Assembly: GCF_006345805.1 (NCBI RefSeq)
Contig: NC_043010.1
Location: 27,776,001-27,840,000, forward strand
Length of the DNA: 64,000 nucleotides
Source of the DNA: Octopus sinensis
Lineage: Eukaryota
Direction: 5' to 3'
The notes under the pieces are model-generated. The model made no database searches, was not told the DNA's origin, and saw only the letters and a program-made list of their open reading frames with translations. Shown one piece after another: positions 12,724 through 26,924 of this stretch. The position numbers and the translations under genes were made by a program. Numbering within the stretch: the first letter of the stretch is position 1; the number at the start of each line of letters is the position of its first letter.

Positions 12724-13966
12724 CTTTAGATGGTTAGGTTGTTGTTCTATCCAATGTGACTCAGCTCAGATGGTTGTAATGCTATTGTCAGCCTGTAATG
12801 ACATGCATAAGATCTGGTCATCAAATCTAAGTAGAGACTTCAAACTTGAAATATTCAAAGCCACAGTCGAACCAATCCTACTATATGGCTCAGAAACCTG
12901 GACGTTATCAAAGAAGCTTGAGAGGCGGCTGGATGGAACCTACACTCGCCTCCTTATGAGAGCTCAAAATCTCTCGTGGAGGCGCCATCCAACTAAAATG
13001 CAAATATATGGGAAATTACCACCTGTGTCATCTCTTGTGAAAGGTAGGAGAGTCCAGTTTGCTGGACATTGTTGTAGAGCTGAAAAAGAAGTAATTTCTA
13101 CTCTTCTCCTCTGGAAGCCATCTACTCGCAACACCAGAGGGTGCACACTCTCCTACCCTGATGTAATCTCCAGGGATACAGGCATCCAGCAACAGGACCT
13201 CCGTAATGCTATGATGGACCGTGAAGTCTGGCGCAACATGGTAAATTCCATTGTCTCGACCACGGTCGAACAATGATGATGATGAATGCTATTGTGTTAG
13301 GAACCCGGTAAAGAAATACATGGAACAATGGTGATGACTTTAAATACGTTTATTGTGGTCACACGTATATATACACAAGCTGAATAAAAGTGGTTGATGG
13401 CATTTATTCATGTATCTAGATGCATCTGCATGGGTTATATGTTAGCTGTTAACCCTGGTGAAGAAGGTTCACGAACAGCGATATAATAGAACCAGTACAG
13501 TGAGTTGGTGCTGTGTAGATGTTGTCGACGGCTTTGGTGAGAGACATCATGGTGGCGACGAAGATGGCGGTCTCTGTTATGTGGTCAGTTGCTTCCAGAC
13601 TTTCTAAGGTCTAACCACTGACCACATTACAGCGACCTCCATCTTCGTCGCTACCATGATGTCTCTCTCCAAAGCCGTCGACAACATCTACACAGCACCA
13701 ATACACTGTACTGGTTCTATCATATCGCTGTTCGTAAACCTTCCTCACCAGGGTTAACAGCTAACACACAACCCATGCAGATATATGAATAAATGTCCAT
13801 CAAACACTTCTATTCGGATTGTGTATATACACGTGTAACCACAATAAACTTATTTAAAATAATAACCTTTATTCCATGTATTTCTTTACCGGGTTCCTAC
13901 CACAGTAGCATTACAGCCTTCTGAGCTGAGTCACATTGTATAGAACAACAACCTAACCATCTAAAG
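12724..13966. mobile_element. Foldback/palindromic MITE-like element (~735 bp without the nested RTE)
   Basis: 12724-12788 plus 13296-13590 are the reverse complement of 13615-13966. Confidence 0.8.
12789..13284 (+). mobile_element. 5'-truncated RTE-clade LINE with (GAT)n tail and 11-bp TSD
   Basis: ORF KATVEPILLYGSETWTL..LDGTYTRLL; TSD AATGCTATTGT at 12778-12788 and 13285-13295. Confidence 0.9.
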
Positions 13967-14308
13967 CACAATATCATCTAATTTCATGTGTGTGAGTGCG
14001 TATATGTACGCTTGTATGCATTATGTGTATGTGTGTGTGTGTGTGTGGTGTGTGTGTGTGTTTCTACATACGAGATAAATTCAACTATAAATAATAGAAA
14101 TATGTGTATTTCGGATACACACACACACGTATGCCTATATTTACATACGCGTGTATGTATGTGCATATATAATTCGTTTTTTGGCATGCATATGCGTAGA
14201 TACACCCAGTCAACTTCTTTGTTATTCCTACACACGCGCACACACACACACACACACACACACTCAAACATATATACACACATGTACACACACACACACA
14301 CACACACA

Positions 14309-14347
<39 letters not shown>

Positions 14348-15239
14348 CGCACATACGCACACAGAGTTCTCTGTCATTTGACGATGAAGATTCAGTTGTT
14401 CGATCAACTGAATTACCAGTAATTGGCTGAGTATTCCTTAGACCTACGTGCGCCCTTAACATGGTTCTCGGACATAATGCATGCGAGTCGACGAGTGACA
14501 AAGCTGTACTCATTGATTTACAGGTTCAATTCGCCTGACACTGCAAAAACAAAAACATGAAGAAAAAAATTATATATACACTCACATTCATACACACATA
14601 AATATATGTATGTATGTATGAATGTATGTATGTATGTATGTATGTATGTATGTATGTATGTATGTATGTATGAATGTATGTACGTACGTACGTATGTATG
14701 TATGTATGTATGTATGTATGTATGTATGTATGTATGTATCTATTGGTATGGTTTTTCTATACCTCTTCAGAAGGTAAATCCGCAAACCGGCAGAAGTCAG
14801 AGCAATGTTAACAGCATCGTTTCACAAGGACCACTCTGCGAATGTCTGAGAACGATCTTTCGACTTTCCATCACGATATTCCCACTGAAGAGAACTTTCT
14901 GAATGCGACGAACTAAATTAGGAACAAGCTTCCAAAAAAAAAAAAAAAACTCATTAATTATGTTTTAATCAAATCGACAATTTCTACTAACGATTATATT
15001 TGAGTAGCAGTGTGAGAAAAGCTAATAAAAATTGGGGTATCTTGTTTGCTGTTCCCACAAGTGGGGATAGCTAAAGCGTGGTCCCTGAGAAGATATGTGA
15101 AAATATAAACACGTATCGTTAAGTATCACAGCTTATTGAATGCAGAAGTGTTTTGTTTTTCTTCATTGATATGCATATTAGATAACTCACTGTTACTTTA
15201 CTCACGCTCACACAGACACACACTCATACATCACAAACG

Positions 15240-15562
15240 TGTGAAAGGAGCACTCCGTCGGTTACGACGACGAGGGTCCCAGCTGATACGATCAACGGAA
15301 CAGCTTGCACGTGAAATTAACGTGCAAGTTGCTGAGCAATCTACTGACATGTGTAACGTAGTTCTCAGGGAGATTCAACGTGACACAGAATGTGACAAGG
15401 CTGGCCCTTTAAAGTACAGATACAACTAAATTTTGTCAGATGAGTGGACTGGAGCAACGTGAAATAAAGTGTCTTGCTCAAGGACAGCGCATCGCCGGGA
15501 ATTGAACCCATGACCTTACAATCGTGAGTTGAATGCTCTAACCACTAAGCCACGCGCCTTCT
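15240..15562 (-). mobile_element. tRNA-head CORE-like SINE, family S3
   Basis: Head GAAGGCGCGTGGCTTAGTGG..GTTCAATTCC; core TTGAGCAAGACACTTTATTTCACGTTGCTCCAGT. Confidence 0.8.
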
Positions 15563-15671
15563 CATCACAAACGTATATACTGAGAACGAGTGGTATTTGA
15601 GAACACTTGATTATCAATATATTTCTCTCTTCAAACCCATTAAAAGGTTCTTATTCCTTTCAAATCCCTTA

Positions 15672-15981
15672 TGACAGATAAAATGCTAACACAGGAAGCG
15701 AAAAGATATGAAATCATTTTGGTCACCATATGTGTGGAACACAGTGATTTAGAAATTACTAACTTTCTAAATGTTGAAAGATCTTTTTTACTCAAATTTC
15801 GGATGGAATTCGAAGCTTCTTGCGCGAATGATTCAACAATATCAAAAATTTTTTAAAAAACCCAAAATTTCGGACACCATAATTCATTCAGTGACGATTC
15901 CAGAAAATCTATTAGAATCATCGCCAAGGAACTTCAGGCGTCAGAGTGGATTATCAGAATTGTGGTGCGTGAGGAAATTCG

Positions 15982-16015
<34 letters not shown>

Positions 16016-16490
16016 CAAAAACAAAAAAAAACAGATGTTTGATCCGTGCCAAGAATTATTTCACGAGGAACATGACATGCTTTGGTTCTTCTCTGATAAG
16101 AAAAACTTCAACCAAGACCAAAAGTCAAACAGAAGATATGACCGGTGGTTTTCTGTAGATCCTTCAGTGGAAAGATCATATGTGCTTCAAGAAGATACAC
16201 CATTACCTCACAAGATCTACGAAACGAAGAACGGATGTCAAACAATCTTTACGATCGCTAAACTTGTGGCCTCTAGATTTGCCAGATGTAAGTCCCATGA
16301 TTTACAACGTATGGAACGTTGTGGAATGGGGCACTAATCGATATTTTCACAATACTATAACTTCACTGAAGGCCTGTATAGACCGGGTATTGTCCGAAAT
16401 GGATAACAAGCGTTTAATGCAGACATATCAACGTTTCCGGTCCCGCATCGAAGCAGTCAATGGAGGCGAAGGTAGATATGTAGAACGATT
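15672..16490 (+). pseudogene. Decayed Tc1/mariner-superfamily transposase (DD37D/maT-like)
   Basis: WFFSDKKNFNQDQKSNRRYDRW and LWP..PDVSPM.Y.VW..VE..FRSRIEAV motifs; (CA)n interruption. Confidence 0.75.
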
Positions 16491-16723
16491 TTATAAGAAA
16501 GTTCGGATTTTGCTAAATGAGAGATGTTTGAAGAGAGTAATAAACGGATAATTAAGTGCTTTCAGACAACCCTCGCACACTGTGTGTGTGTGTATATACA
16601 CGTATGTATCTATAAATGTGTATGTATATGTATTCAAGATGTATACATATAATTATATACATATAGATTTACATATATACACATGGATTTTCATAGACAT
16701 ATACGTAAACACACACAAACGTG

Positions 16724-16783
<60 letters not shown>

Positions 16784-17603
16784 ATATTTAGACATACATC
16801 TATACACACACACATAGCTCTATACGTTGAGGCCAAAGTTTCCCACCATCCTATCAACACACCAGTCCGACAACAATACATAATTTATAAATACATAAAT
16901 TTCCAGTCTTTTTTTTTCTCTCTCACACATTTTCACCGATTTAACCAATTCCACAGAACACATCTATTTTCCTTTCATTCACTTCGACTGCAGCATCTCC
17001 CACCTTCAAACTGTCATTTCTTAAGTCTCTCGTTTTCTCTTATCTATTGAGTATTGATGTGTAAATTTATGTCTATACGTGGGTTTGTATATATGAGTGT
17101 GTCTGTCTGTCTACCTATGTATGTATGTCATTCTTTCTCTCAATATATATATAAACATAAAGAAATAGATAGATAAAAGTAGATATATATACATGTTGCT
17201 TGCTTGTGTGTGTGTATACGCGTATCGGTATCGAACATGTGACACATTATAAAGAACACCACAGGGTACATCATCATCAGTCGTAGCATGATTTTTTTTT
17301 TCATCAAAGTGCTCAACAATTGCTTATTTAAATCATACTTTTATTTGGAGCTACGACATTACTTCTATACGAGGAAAGAATAAATTAGAGAAGTCAACTC
17401 CTGCAACACGATAAGAAAAAAATACGCGTGTTTTCACCTCATCATAAATCTTCCAATACAAATCTTTCGTTTCTTTTTTTTTTCTTTCTTTTAGAAATTC
17501 ATCTTATGCATATCCGCAGTCAACGCAAAAAGTTATTTCCATATGTAAGTATGTGTGTGTATTTTTGAGCGTATATGTATGTATTTATGTACAAAAATGT
17601 GTG

Positions 17604-17646
<43 letters not shown>

Positions 17647-17904
17647 ATATACATTTATATATAGAGAGAGAGGGGGAGGGAGAGAGAGATCGGTTATGAG
17701 AGGTAATGGTGTCATTGAGACCCAAAGGTATCAGGTAATGCTGAATAAGTGCTATAGATAGACCATAGTTAAGTTCCAGGTTCGGTGATTATGAGAATAT
17801 AAGGGGTCCAACTTAGGTCATATATCAGCGTGTGTATATAAATTTTTTTTCGGTAATGAGATAACAAACCAAGGCACTGTAGATTTTTGAACATTTATAA
17901 ATAA

Positions 17905-17952
17905 GTCTTACAGCTGTTTCCAGGATATTAATTATATCCCTTCATCGGAGAC
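17905..17952 (-). ncRNA. Minimal type I hammerhead-like motif, U4-to-C variant
   Basis: Minus: GTCT CCGATGA AGGGATAT aatta ATATCCTG GAAA CAGCTG TA AGAC; stem I 4 bp, palindromic stem III. Confidence 0.65.
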
Positions 17953-18984
17953 GGTGTGAGAAGATGGTTAAGCAATAGTTAATTTACATAAGATACGAAA
18001 TTTAGATAACACTATGGACATAATGAACCATAACAAATATCACTGATAGGGAGCATTCTTTCCACTGTCTAACCTATATTTCTCTAATGACAATATTCCC
18101 GACTTATAGAGTCTTCACTCAATACGATGCTCCAATAGCTGGGATATCCCAAAAAATGGCTATCAGAGACTATCTTTACCAGTCTGTATTATTTTTACCA
18201 TTCGTTATGGGGCCAAATTTTTAGATTGAATTAAACTAAATCAAATGTTTTCGTCCCGCTTTGATAATTTTTTTGCCTTTCCTCGCTACTTTAACCAGTA
18301 CATTTTGACTCAAAGGGAAGCCACCACCAGCCGTTTTTGAACACGGCATTCACACAACCACAACTTCAACCGCTGTTCTAACAGTAGTTTTGGTGGCCCA
18401 CCTATTCGAGCAATCAGAACGTATACCTATTAGTCATCTTGACCTAAACTCATCATATCTTCTATATATAAAACATAGTATCGACCAGACAATCGGATGT
18501 TGCTACACACTGCCGGTCACAATGCACTTCCTCACACTGCTGTAGTTTTCGAATGATGCCATTTCACTGGCTTGACGAGCAAACCAACTTTCCGCCTGAA
18601 CGGGATGCCAATCCGTCGCAGATTAACACATTTACATTCTTTTCAAGAATATATTATGTCAATTAATTGCTGGAGTTCTCTGTAGTTACAATATATTTAT
18701 TGTGTATATAAACAGATTTGCTGCTTATTTCTCTGGAATGGGTCAAAGTGATGGAGACAACCCTGGTGAGAACTCAATAAGGTATGAAAACACATTAAGG
18801 ATGTTCATCATTGTTTTTTCTCATTCTCCGGAGAAATAATTAAATTTGCCCTTATTATATATTTTCTATGTAGGCTTACAGAGAAACATACACACGCGCG
18901 CGTACACGCATACAGACAGAGACACACACATATTTGTGTGTGTATAATTGTATATATGTATTTATGCAGTATGTATGTGTGTAT

Positions 18985-19260
18985 AGGGCACATGGCTTAG
19001 TGGTTAAGGTGTTGAATACACAACCACGAGATGGCGATTTCAGTTCCTAAACAGGCGTTGGGTTGTATTCTTGAACAAAACGCTATGTCTCACGTTGCTG
19101 TGCGATCACTCCGACACCTGACGCGTGGTACACAGTGCACCTGTTCGGACAACGTCGATTTGACGAAGAGAGTGAGCTAATGCATGGCACGAACCTTTGA
19201 TCACTATAAACAAATCATTTGTGTAAGTCGTCCACTAAAAACTGAACGCTCATACAGCAA
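18985..19260 (+). mobile_element. SINE family S3 variant
   Basis: gggcacatggcttagtggttaag head; ttcttgaacaaaacgct..ctcacgttgct core. Confidence 0.65.
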
Positions 19261-19273
19261 AAACTGAACGTTC

Positions 19274-19393
19274 TATGGTATTGAGCAGAATATTTGCTGC
19301 AGCCCATCTTTTGTACCAAGACAAAACAATGTACATAATAACACTTCCAATCAGTTAAGATGAGAAGCCATGAAAGCCACTGCCTGGTACTGC
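19274..19393 (-). mobile_element. 5' fragment of the ~535-nt retroposon
   Basis: Matches 3184-3303 with the same terminus CCACTGCCTGGTACTGC. Confidence 0.8.
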
Positions 19394-19399
19394 TATTAT

Positions 19400-20150
19400 A
19401 GCAGAAATGGTCAAAGAGACAAAAAACATGAAAACAGAATTACAAAAGATACTGAAGAAGAAATGGAGAGAAAAATCACTCCATGGCCAGTACCCTGTAA
19501 GGCTTGACAGAGGGGAAGTGAATCTAAGTAAAAGCCAACAATGGCTCAAAAGCTCTAGACTACAAGTTGAAACGGAAGGACTTATCCTCGCCACACAAGA
19601 CCAATGCCTGACTACGAACAATTATAAAAGCAAAATAATGAAAGCATGTCCTTACACCAAATGCAGAATGTGCAGCCAGCACAATGAGACAGTTGGCCAC
19701 ATCATCTCGTGCTGTCCAGTCCTTTCCAAATCTGAGTATATAGACACGACAAAGTAAGCAGTTATATCCACTGGACAATATGCCAACATTACAACGATAA
19801 AACTGACAATAGGTGGTAAAACATGTACCGAAGAAGATATAAGACAACGACCAGGCCACAACCATCTGGGAGATGCCAGTTCAAACCGACAAAGAAATAA
19901 AAGCTAATCGCCCAGGCATAATAATCAAGGATTGGGGCAAAACACCTACTTATTGGTAGACATTGCAGTCGCATCTGACCAAAATATTGTCCAAAAAAGA
20001 AGTGGAGAATTTGCCCGAGTATAAAGACCTCGAAACTGAAGTATTCAAGTTGTAGGGCATAAAGGTAAAAACAATACCAATAATAATTGGATCATTGGAC
20101 ATGATAAAAAAAAACTATGAACAAAAACGCAGAAGCTATGCCTTGATCCT
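19400..20150 (+). pseudogene. R4/Dong-like LINE C-terminus (zinc knuckle and restriction-like endonuclease), frameshifted
   Basis: LHGQY..ETEGLILATQDQ..CRMC..ETVGHIISCC..DKEIKANRP..LVDIAV..IPIIIG. Confidence 0.85.
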
Positions 20151-21200
20151 CAATCGAACTGCAGCAATTTTTGTCAGGCTCCCAAAGCATCAAGTGCCGA
20201 AAATGAACTTTTTTATCTTCAATTTTAAAGGGTTACAGAATTAACACGGGTTATAGGAACATAAACCTTCTTCCACGAAAAGATAGCTTAAACTGTGCTC
20301 TAAATGGAGGTGTAGTCGAATCCTATTTGATGGACTCAACCATGTTATAAAATAAGTCGAAAGGTATGCTACTATAAATCGGCACGAACTTTCCGGACAA
20401 CCCAATACATCCAGTATAGTTCTTTGGCCTTCTGGCATCATCAAGATTTGTAAGTCTATCTTAAGCCTGCCCCTTCTTCAATCACACGCCTCCTCCCGTC
20501 ACCTTCATACGGATCACTCACCCGTACCCGGATGCAAAGCTGACAAGCTAAAAGTCAACGTCATGACCAACCCCAATGTCCACCATTTTTTATAATTCTT
20601 TGACCCAAATTTTGGTGGTGGGGTGCTAATATATATGTGAATGGACTCATTACACATTTACTAGATTGTTCTACTGTTCACTAAATCACACCACATCGTA
20701 CTACACACATCGCTAAGCTATACTATCTCAAGTGACACAAATCAGCTATCCAAGTATATCTTTCATGAAACCCGCTGGCAATAGCAACAACAACACAAGC
20801 ACCAGTAGCACCATCATTACAAGTAGCAGCACCAACACCACGAGTAGCAGCAACAGCGCCTCCAGCAGCAGCGCCTGCAGCAACAGACAGCATTGTAATC
20901 TGAGCTTTTAAAATCTGTCAAAACCAGTAGAAATGCCACCAAAACAGCTGCAACATGTCTTGAAAGAAAATAAATTTACAAAAATAAAATGCTTTGTTTG
21001 TTTCTTTTTTTTTAAGAAATCCGAAACATAAGGAATATTGAATTTTAGAAAAGAAAACGAAAGCAACAAAACAAACGACGCACACCAGTAAGAGTGACAT
21101 CAGCAACAAAATTGACAATATTAAAATATCATATGTTTGTTGAGGAGGACGAATCTAGGGATTCGGCAAAACAAAGTTTTCACCGAAAAATAAAGACAAA

Positions 21201-21956
<756 letters not shown>

Positions 21957-22039
21957 GGTGTCAAATTTTTGGCACAAAGTCAGTAATTTCTGGGTCGATT
22001 AGATCGACCGTACCCGACTGGTACTTTCTACTATAATAA

Positions 22040-22262
22040 TAATAATCCTTTCTACTATAGGCACAAGGACTGAAATTTTGGGTAAAGGGATAAGTAAATT
22101 ACATCGACACCAGTACTTGACTGGTATTTGATTTATCGACCTCGAAAGGATGAAAGGCAAAATCGACCTCAGCGGAATTTGAACTCCGAACGTAGCGGTT
22201 GACGAAATACAGCTAAGCATTTCGCCCGGCGTGCTAACGATTCTGCCAGCTCACCACCTTAA
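22040..22262 (-). mobile_element. SINE family S1
   Basis: Same head and central domain as 11062-11295. Confidence 0.8.
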
Positions 22263-22959
22263 TAATAATAATGATAATGATAATAATCATCATGATGATA
22301 TCTAGCAAAACCTGTTGAAATTCTTCAAAATCGTTAAAACCGTGAACCATAGTTGACTGCTGCTATCGTAACGGTGGAGACGGTGACGGGTAGCAGACAA
22401 AATAGATATAGAGAAAGGGAAGAAGAATTGGTAAAGAAAGTTGTGATATGTTTTAGTTGAGGTAGTAGCAGTGAAAGACAGAAGAATAAAAAAGGAAATG
22501 TTGATGAGTCGACGTAGAACGTATAGTCATATATGCGCACGAACACAACACTTACCCTTTCATACACACAAACAGATATCTATCTATATTCTATTTATAT
22601 TATACTAAAACTCTGTTTTTCTGCCATTTGATTAAGATGATAAAGATTACAAATAAAATAGTCACTTGCCCCTTTAACAAAAAAAGAAAAAGAATATCAA
22701 GTTGAAAATGTTGTCAGCTGAAAGAGTTCGTCTTTTTTCTTATTTTCTTCTTCCATTAAGCATTTATACAACTTTCGGATCACCGTGGATTTGAAAGATA
22801 GAAATTCTCCCTATATATTTATGAGATATTTTTGAATCACGAGTACTTGACTTTTTTTTTTCTTAAAAGGCGAAAATTACTATTTTACTTAAAATGAAAT
22901 ATTAATCTTTATCATCTTAAACAGAAAAACAGACAGAAAGACTATCTCTTTATAGACGA

Positions 22960-23600
22960 AGATCAGTTGCAATGGAAGGAGTTGAATCTCATAAAAATGG
23001 AAAAGCAAACAAGCGGGTTGTACCTTATAATGAAACTCTTTTAAGAACATTCAAATGCCACTGTAACGTTGAAATCGTTGCCTCAGTGAGGTGAATTAAG
23101 TATGTCATCAAGTACACGCTGAAAGGAAATGACCAAGCTGCTGTTCAAATAAACAATGATAAATAAACAATGAAATTAGTCAATATCTAATGGATAGGTA
23201 TATTGAACCATTCGAAGCAGTTGCGTCCATTTTAGGACTTTCAAATCATGAAAGAGCACCTGCAATAGTGAGACTGCAAGTTCATCTACCAGATGAACAA
23301 AGAACATTGATCAGAAATAACGAGGATATATATGGTTGTCAATGAACAACATATAAGAACAACACCGATAGAATTCTTTTCATTGTGCACCAATGATGAC
23401 TTTGCAAAAACATTACGTTATGCTGAAATACGCATGTATTGGAACAGTAGTAACAAAAAACGGCAAGGAAGAAAGCGATGAAAAAAAGCTGAAGGCCATT
23501 TGAACGTTATCAAAGAGGAAACACTTAATCGTATTTATGTTGTCACACCGAAGGCAGAAAAACTGTATTACCTAAGAATTTTAATGCATGAAGTTCGAAA
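22960..23600 (+). pseudogene. Helitron RepHel fragment (Rep domain C-part), with stops/frameshifts
   Basis: VVPYNETLLRTFKCHCNVEI..IKYVIKYTLKG.DQA..RYI...EA..VRLQVHLPDEQ..LNRIYVVTPK..LYYLRIL. Confidence 0.85.
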
Positions 23601-23633
23601 TAATATTTTTTTCTTTTATCGCTGCGCATCGAC

Positions 23634-23706
<73 letters not shown>

Positions 23707-23964
23707 GAGCCTAGATAAAGATAACTAACCCTGAAAGGAAATCCCAAAGCAATTATCACTTCTAATCGCAAACGTACCTTTTTCAGGGAATCTAGGATTA
23801 CCCCAGCTAGAACTCACAAAAATCGGGAACACCAAGGACCCTAGATAAAGATAATAACTAACCCCAAAAGGAAATCCCAAAGCAATTTATCACTCCAAAT
23901 AGTGAATTAGGGATCAGGGGTTAAAGTAAGATTTAGAATTACAGTTAGGGTTAGAGTTTTAGTT

Positions 23965-24320
23965 TTACTTGTTTCAGTCATTTTGACTGCGGCCATGCTG
24001 GAGTAAAGCCTTTAGTCGAGCAAATCGACCCCAGGACTTTGTAAGCCTAGTACTTATTTTACGGTCTCTTTTGCCGAACCTCTAAGTTACGGAGACATAA
24101 ACGAACCATCATCGATTGTCAAGCAATGCTGGGGGTGGGGGACAAACGGACACAAACATACACATTATATATATATATATACACGACGGGTTCCTTTCAG
24201 TTACCGTTTACCAAATCCACTCACAAGGCTTTGGTCGGCTCAGGACTATAGTGGAACTGAACTCGGAACCATGTGGTTGGTGAGCTAGCTACTTACCATA
24301 CAGCCACTCCTGCGCCTATA
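23965..24320 (-). mobile_element. SINE family S2 with internal deletion
   Basis: Homologous to 3590-3945. Confidence 0.8.
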
Positions 24321-25214
24321 TATGTGTGTACACACACACACACACACACACACACACCACACACACACACATATATACATATATATATATTTCACAGGCC
24401 ACAGGCCACAGGCTATAGGAGACACTTGCCCCCAAAGTACCACGCATTGGGATTGAACCCTGAACTATGTGGTTGGAAGACAAACTCCTAACCACACAGC
24501 TAGGCCTGCGCCTAATATATCCCCCAAAGGTTATTTTGAATGAAATATGCACGGAAAATTATTCGGGTATGTTTCCTCCAAGGGGCGTCAGTTCAGAAAG
24601 ACATTTAAATCATCCACCCACTTCTTTGAAGATAAGGAACCTTCTAGAAACCCAAAAAAGATTTAAGAATCTCGTTTCATTTTTTGGGTTTATCATATTT
24701 ACAAGCTGCCATTATCTAATGTGTTCTAAACCTTTTGTTTTTTAGTAGTAGTTGTTTCTTTTTGTTTTGTTTTTTTGTTTTTTTACATTTAGTGATATGA
24801 TGTGATATGAGGAAGACTGAACAACTGCTTCTAGCAGATCGAGCAACCAGATAAAGGCACCCTTCGTTGGTTCCCATGCTAGGTGGAATATGTATGTTTT
24901 TTGGCATAGAAAAAGCGAAACATTTAGCAAATTAAATAATTCTGAGGCGCCGTATGCGTGATAAAGGCCAGTGGGGGAAAGCGGCTGTCAGCATATGTAA
25001 TACGCGGAGCATTGAAACGCTGAAACAGAATAAAATATGAGATGAAGTATGTGGGGGAGAGGAGGGTAGGGGGTGCAGGAATATTGTAAGATGACTTAAG
25101 CGGTATTTGCAAAATGTTTCATCTACAATGGCAGTGAATGTCTGTACGTGTATTGTATGCATTATGTATTCTAGAAATACCTATGTATGTGTGTGTGTGT
25201 ATGTGTATACACAC

Positions 25215-25260
<46 letters not shown>

Positions 25261-25309
25261 AGATAGATAGATAGATAGATAGTAGATAGATAGATAGATA
25301 GATAGATAG

Positions 25310-25341
<32 letters not shown>

Positions 25342-25546
25342 GCTTAGATACTGGTGTCTAATCGAGGGGAGGTCCTGTGGTATATACATATACATAATAT
25401 ATATATATATATATATAATATATATATATATATTATATATATATATATATGCGGGGGATGTGAGTGTGTGAGATGAATAAATATGCTGCACGAGCAATAT
25501 CGTCAACAAAAGAAAAACTGCTGCTGCTGCTACTACTACTACCGCT

Positions 25547-25606
<60 letters not shown>

Positions 25607-25675
25607 TACACAAAGCCTGCATAAGTGCTACGAATGTACTTCATCTGTCTGTGAATCGGAATCTAATAACTGAGG

Positions 25676-25727
<52 letters not shown>

Positions 25728-25778
25728 GTATGCATATGTATATGTATATATAATATATATAAATATGTATGTATGTAT

Positions 25779-25809
<31 letters not shown>

Positions 25810-26334
25810 GTATGTATATATATATATATGTATATATATATGTATGTATATATATAAATGTGTATATATATACGTCTATATATATACGTCTAGTGGACGA
25901 ATGGCCTGTTAAGGCCATTCCTAAATTGTTATATATATATATATATATATATATCTATATATATATATATATATATAATATATATATATGTACGTATATA
26001 TATAGGTAATCGTGTGGGGGGGTTACCCAGCAAATGCATTATAGATTTTTGGTAACTGTGGTAAACAGAAATATATGAGCACCATTCTATAAATATTGAA
26101 TCACCAAAAAGATAATCTCGTTTGGATGTCAGGAATTTTGTTTGGTTTTCTCTTCAGATTATAACAATGATAAAAACCTCTGCCGCCTGTAACTGTCATA
26201 GAAGCTGACGGTAATATTACAAGAGGCAGCACTAACTAGAAGTGGTAGTGATGGACATTTACCAGAATTTCAGGCATGGTATACTTTTTCTGCCAATTTT
26301 TTTCTTCTGGGTTTCTCACCCCCACCCCTATGTA

Positions 26335-26550
26335 TTCCAATCGGCAGAATGCTCAGCGCATCAGACATATGCTTAGCAGCATTTCTTCTGATTCTGTACG
26401 TTCTGAGATCAAATTCCTCCGAGGTTGAATTTGCCGTTCACGATTTCGAGGTCGATAAATTACGCACCAGTTATGTACTGAGGTCGATGTAATCGACTAT
26501 CCCCCTCCTCCAAAATTTCAGGCCTTGTGCCTAGAGTAGGAAGGATTATT
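26335..26550 (+). mobile_element. SINE family S1
   Basis: gttctgagatcaaattcc..ggtcgataaa..gaggtcgatgtaatcgac. Confidence 0.7.
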
Positions 26551-26564
26551 ATAATTATCAATAT

Positions 26565-26915
26565 GGTAATGTGTAAAGAATCCATTCGGTCACAAATAAC
26601 AATGGTATTGCACATAGAAAGTTACCCTCCAAGGCACAAGTCCAGGCAAGACCAGCAGTCGCTCATGGAAGGTCAGCAGTCGTTCATGGATACCAGCCTC
26701 CCCACTCTATGCCACTGATGTTATCCAAGAGAAAAGCAAAGGGACCGATATAGCTTGGTACCAGTGACGTTGCAATTCATTTCTACAGCTGAGTGAACTG
26801 GAACAACGTGAAATATAGTGTCTTGCTCAAAGAAGACAACATACAGCCCGGTACGGGAATCGTACTCACACCACCACGATTGTAAGCCCGATTTTCTAAC
26901 CACTGGTCCATGTGC
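26565..26915 (-). mobile_element. SINE family S3
   Basis: Homologous to 49733-50071. Confidence 0.75.
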
Positions 26916-26924
26916 CTTCACAGT

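Noticed and set aside
20760-20905. CAG/GCA-rich stretch reading as an Ala/Pro/Thr-rich peptide
   Set aside because: Degenerate trinucleotide repeat without splice or homology support; the same applies to 61600-61800
23920-23960. Telomere-like TTAGGG/CCCTAA words (also 58140-58160)
   Set aside because: Only one or two imperfect units, probably internal to repeats
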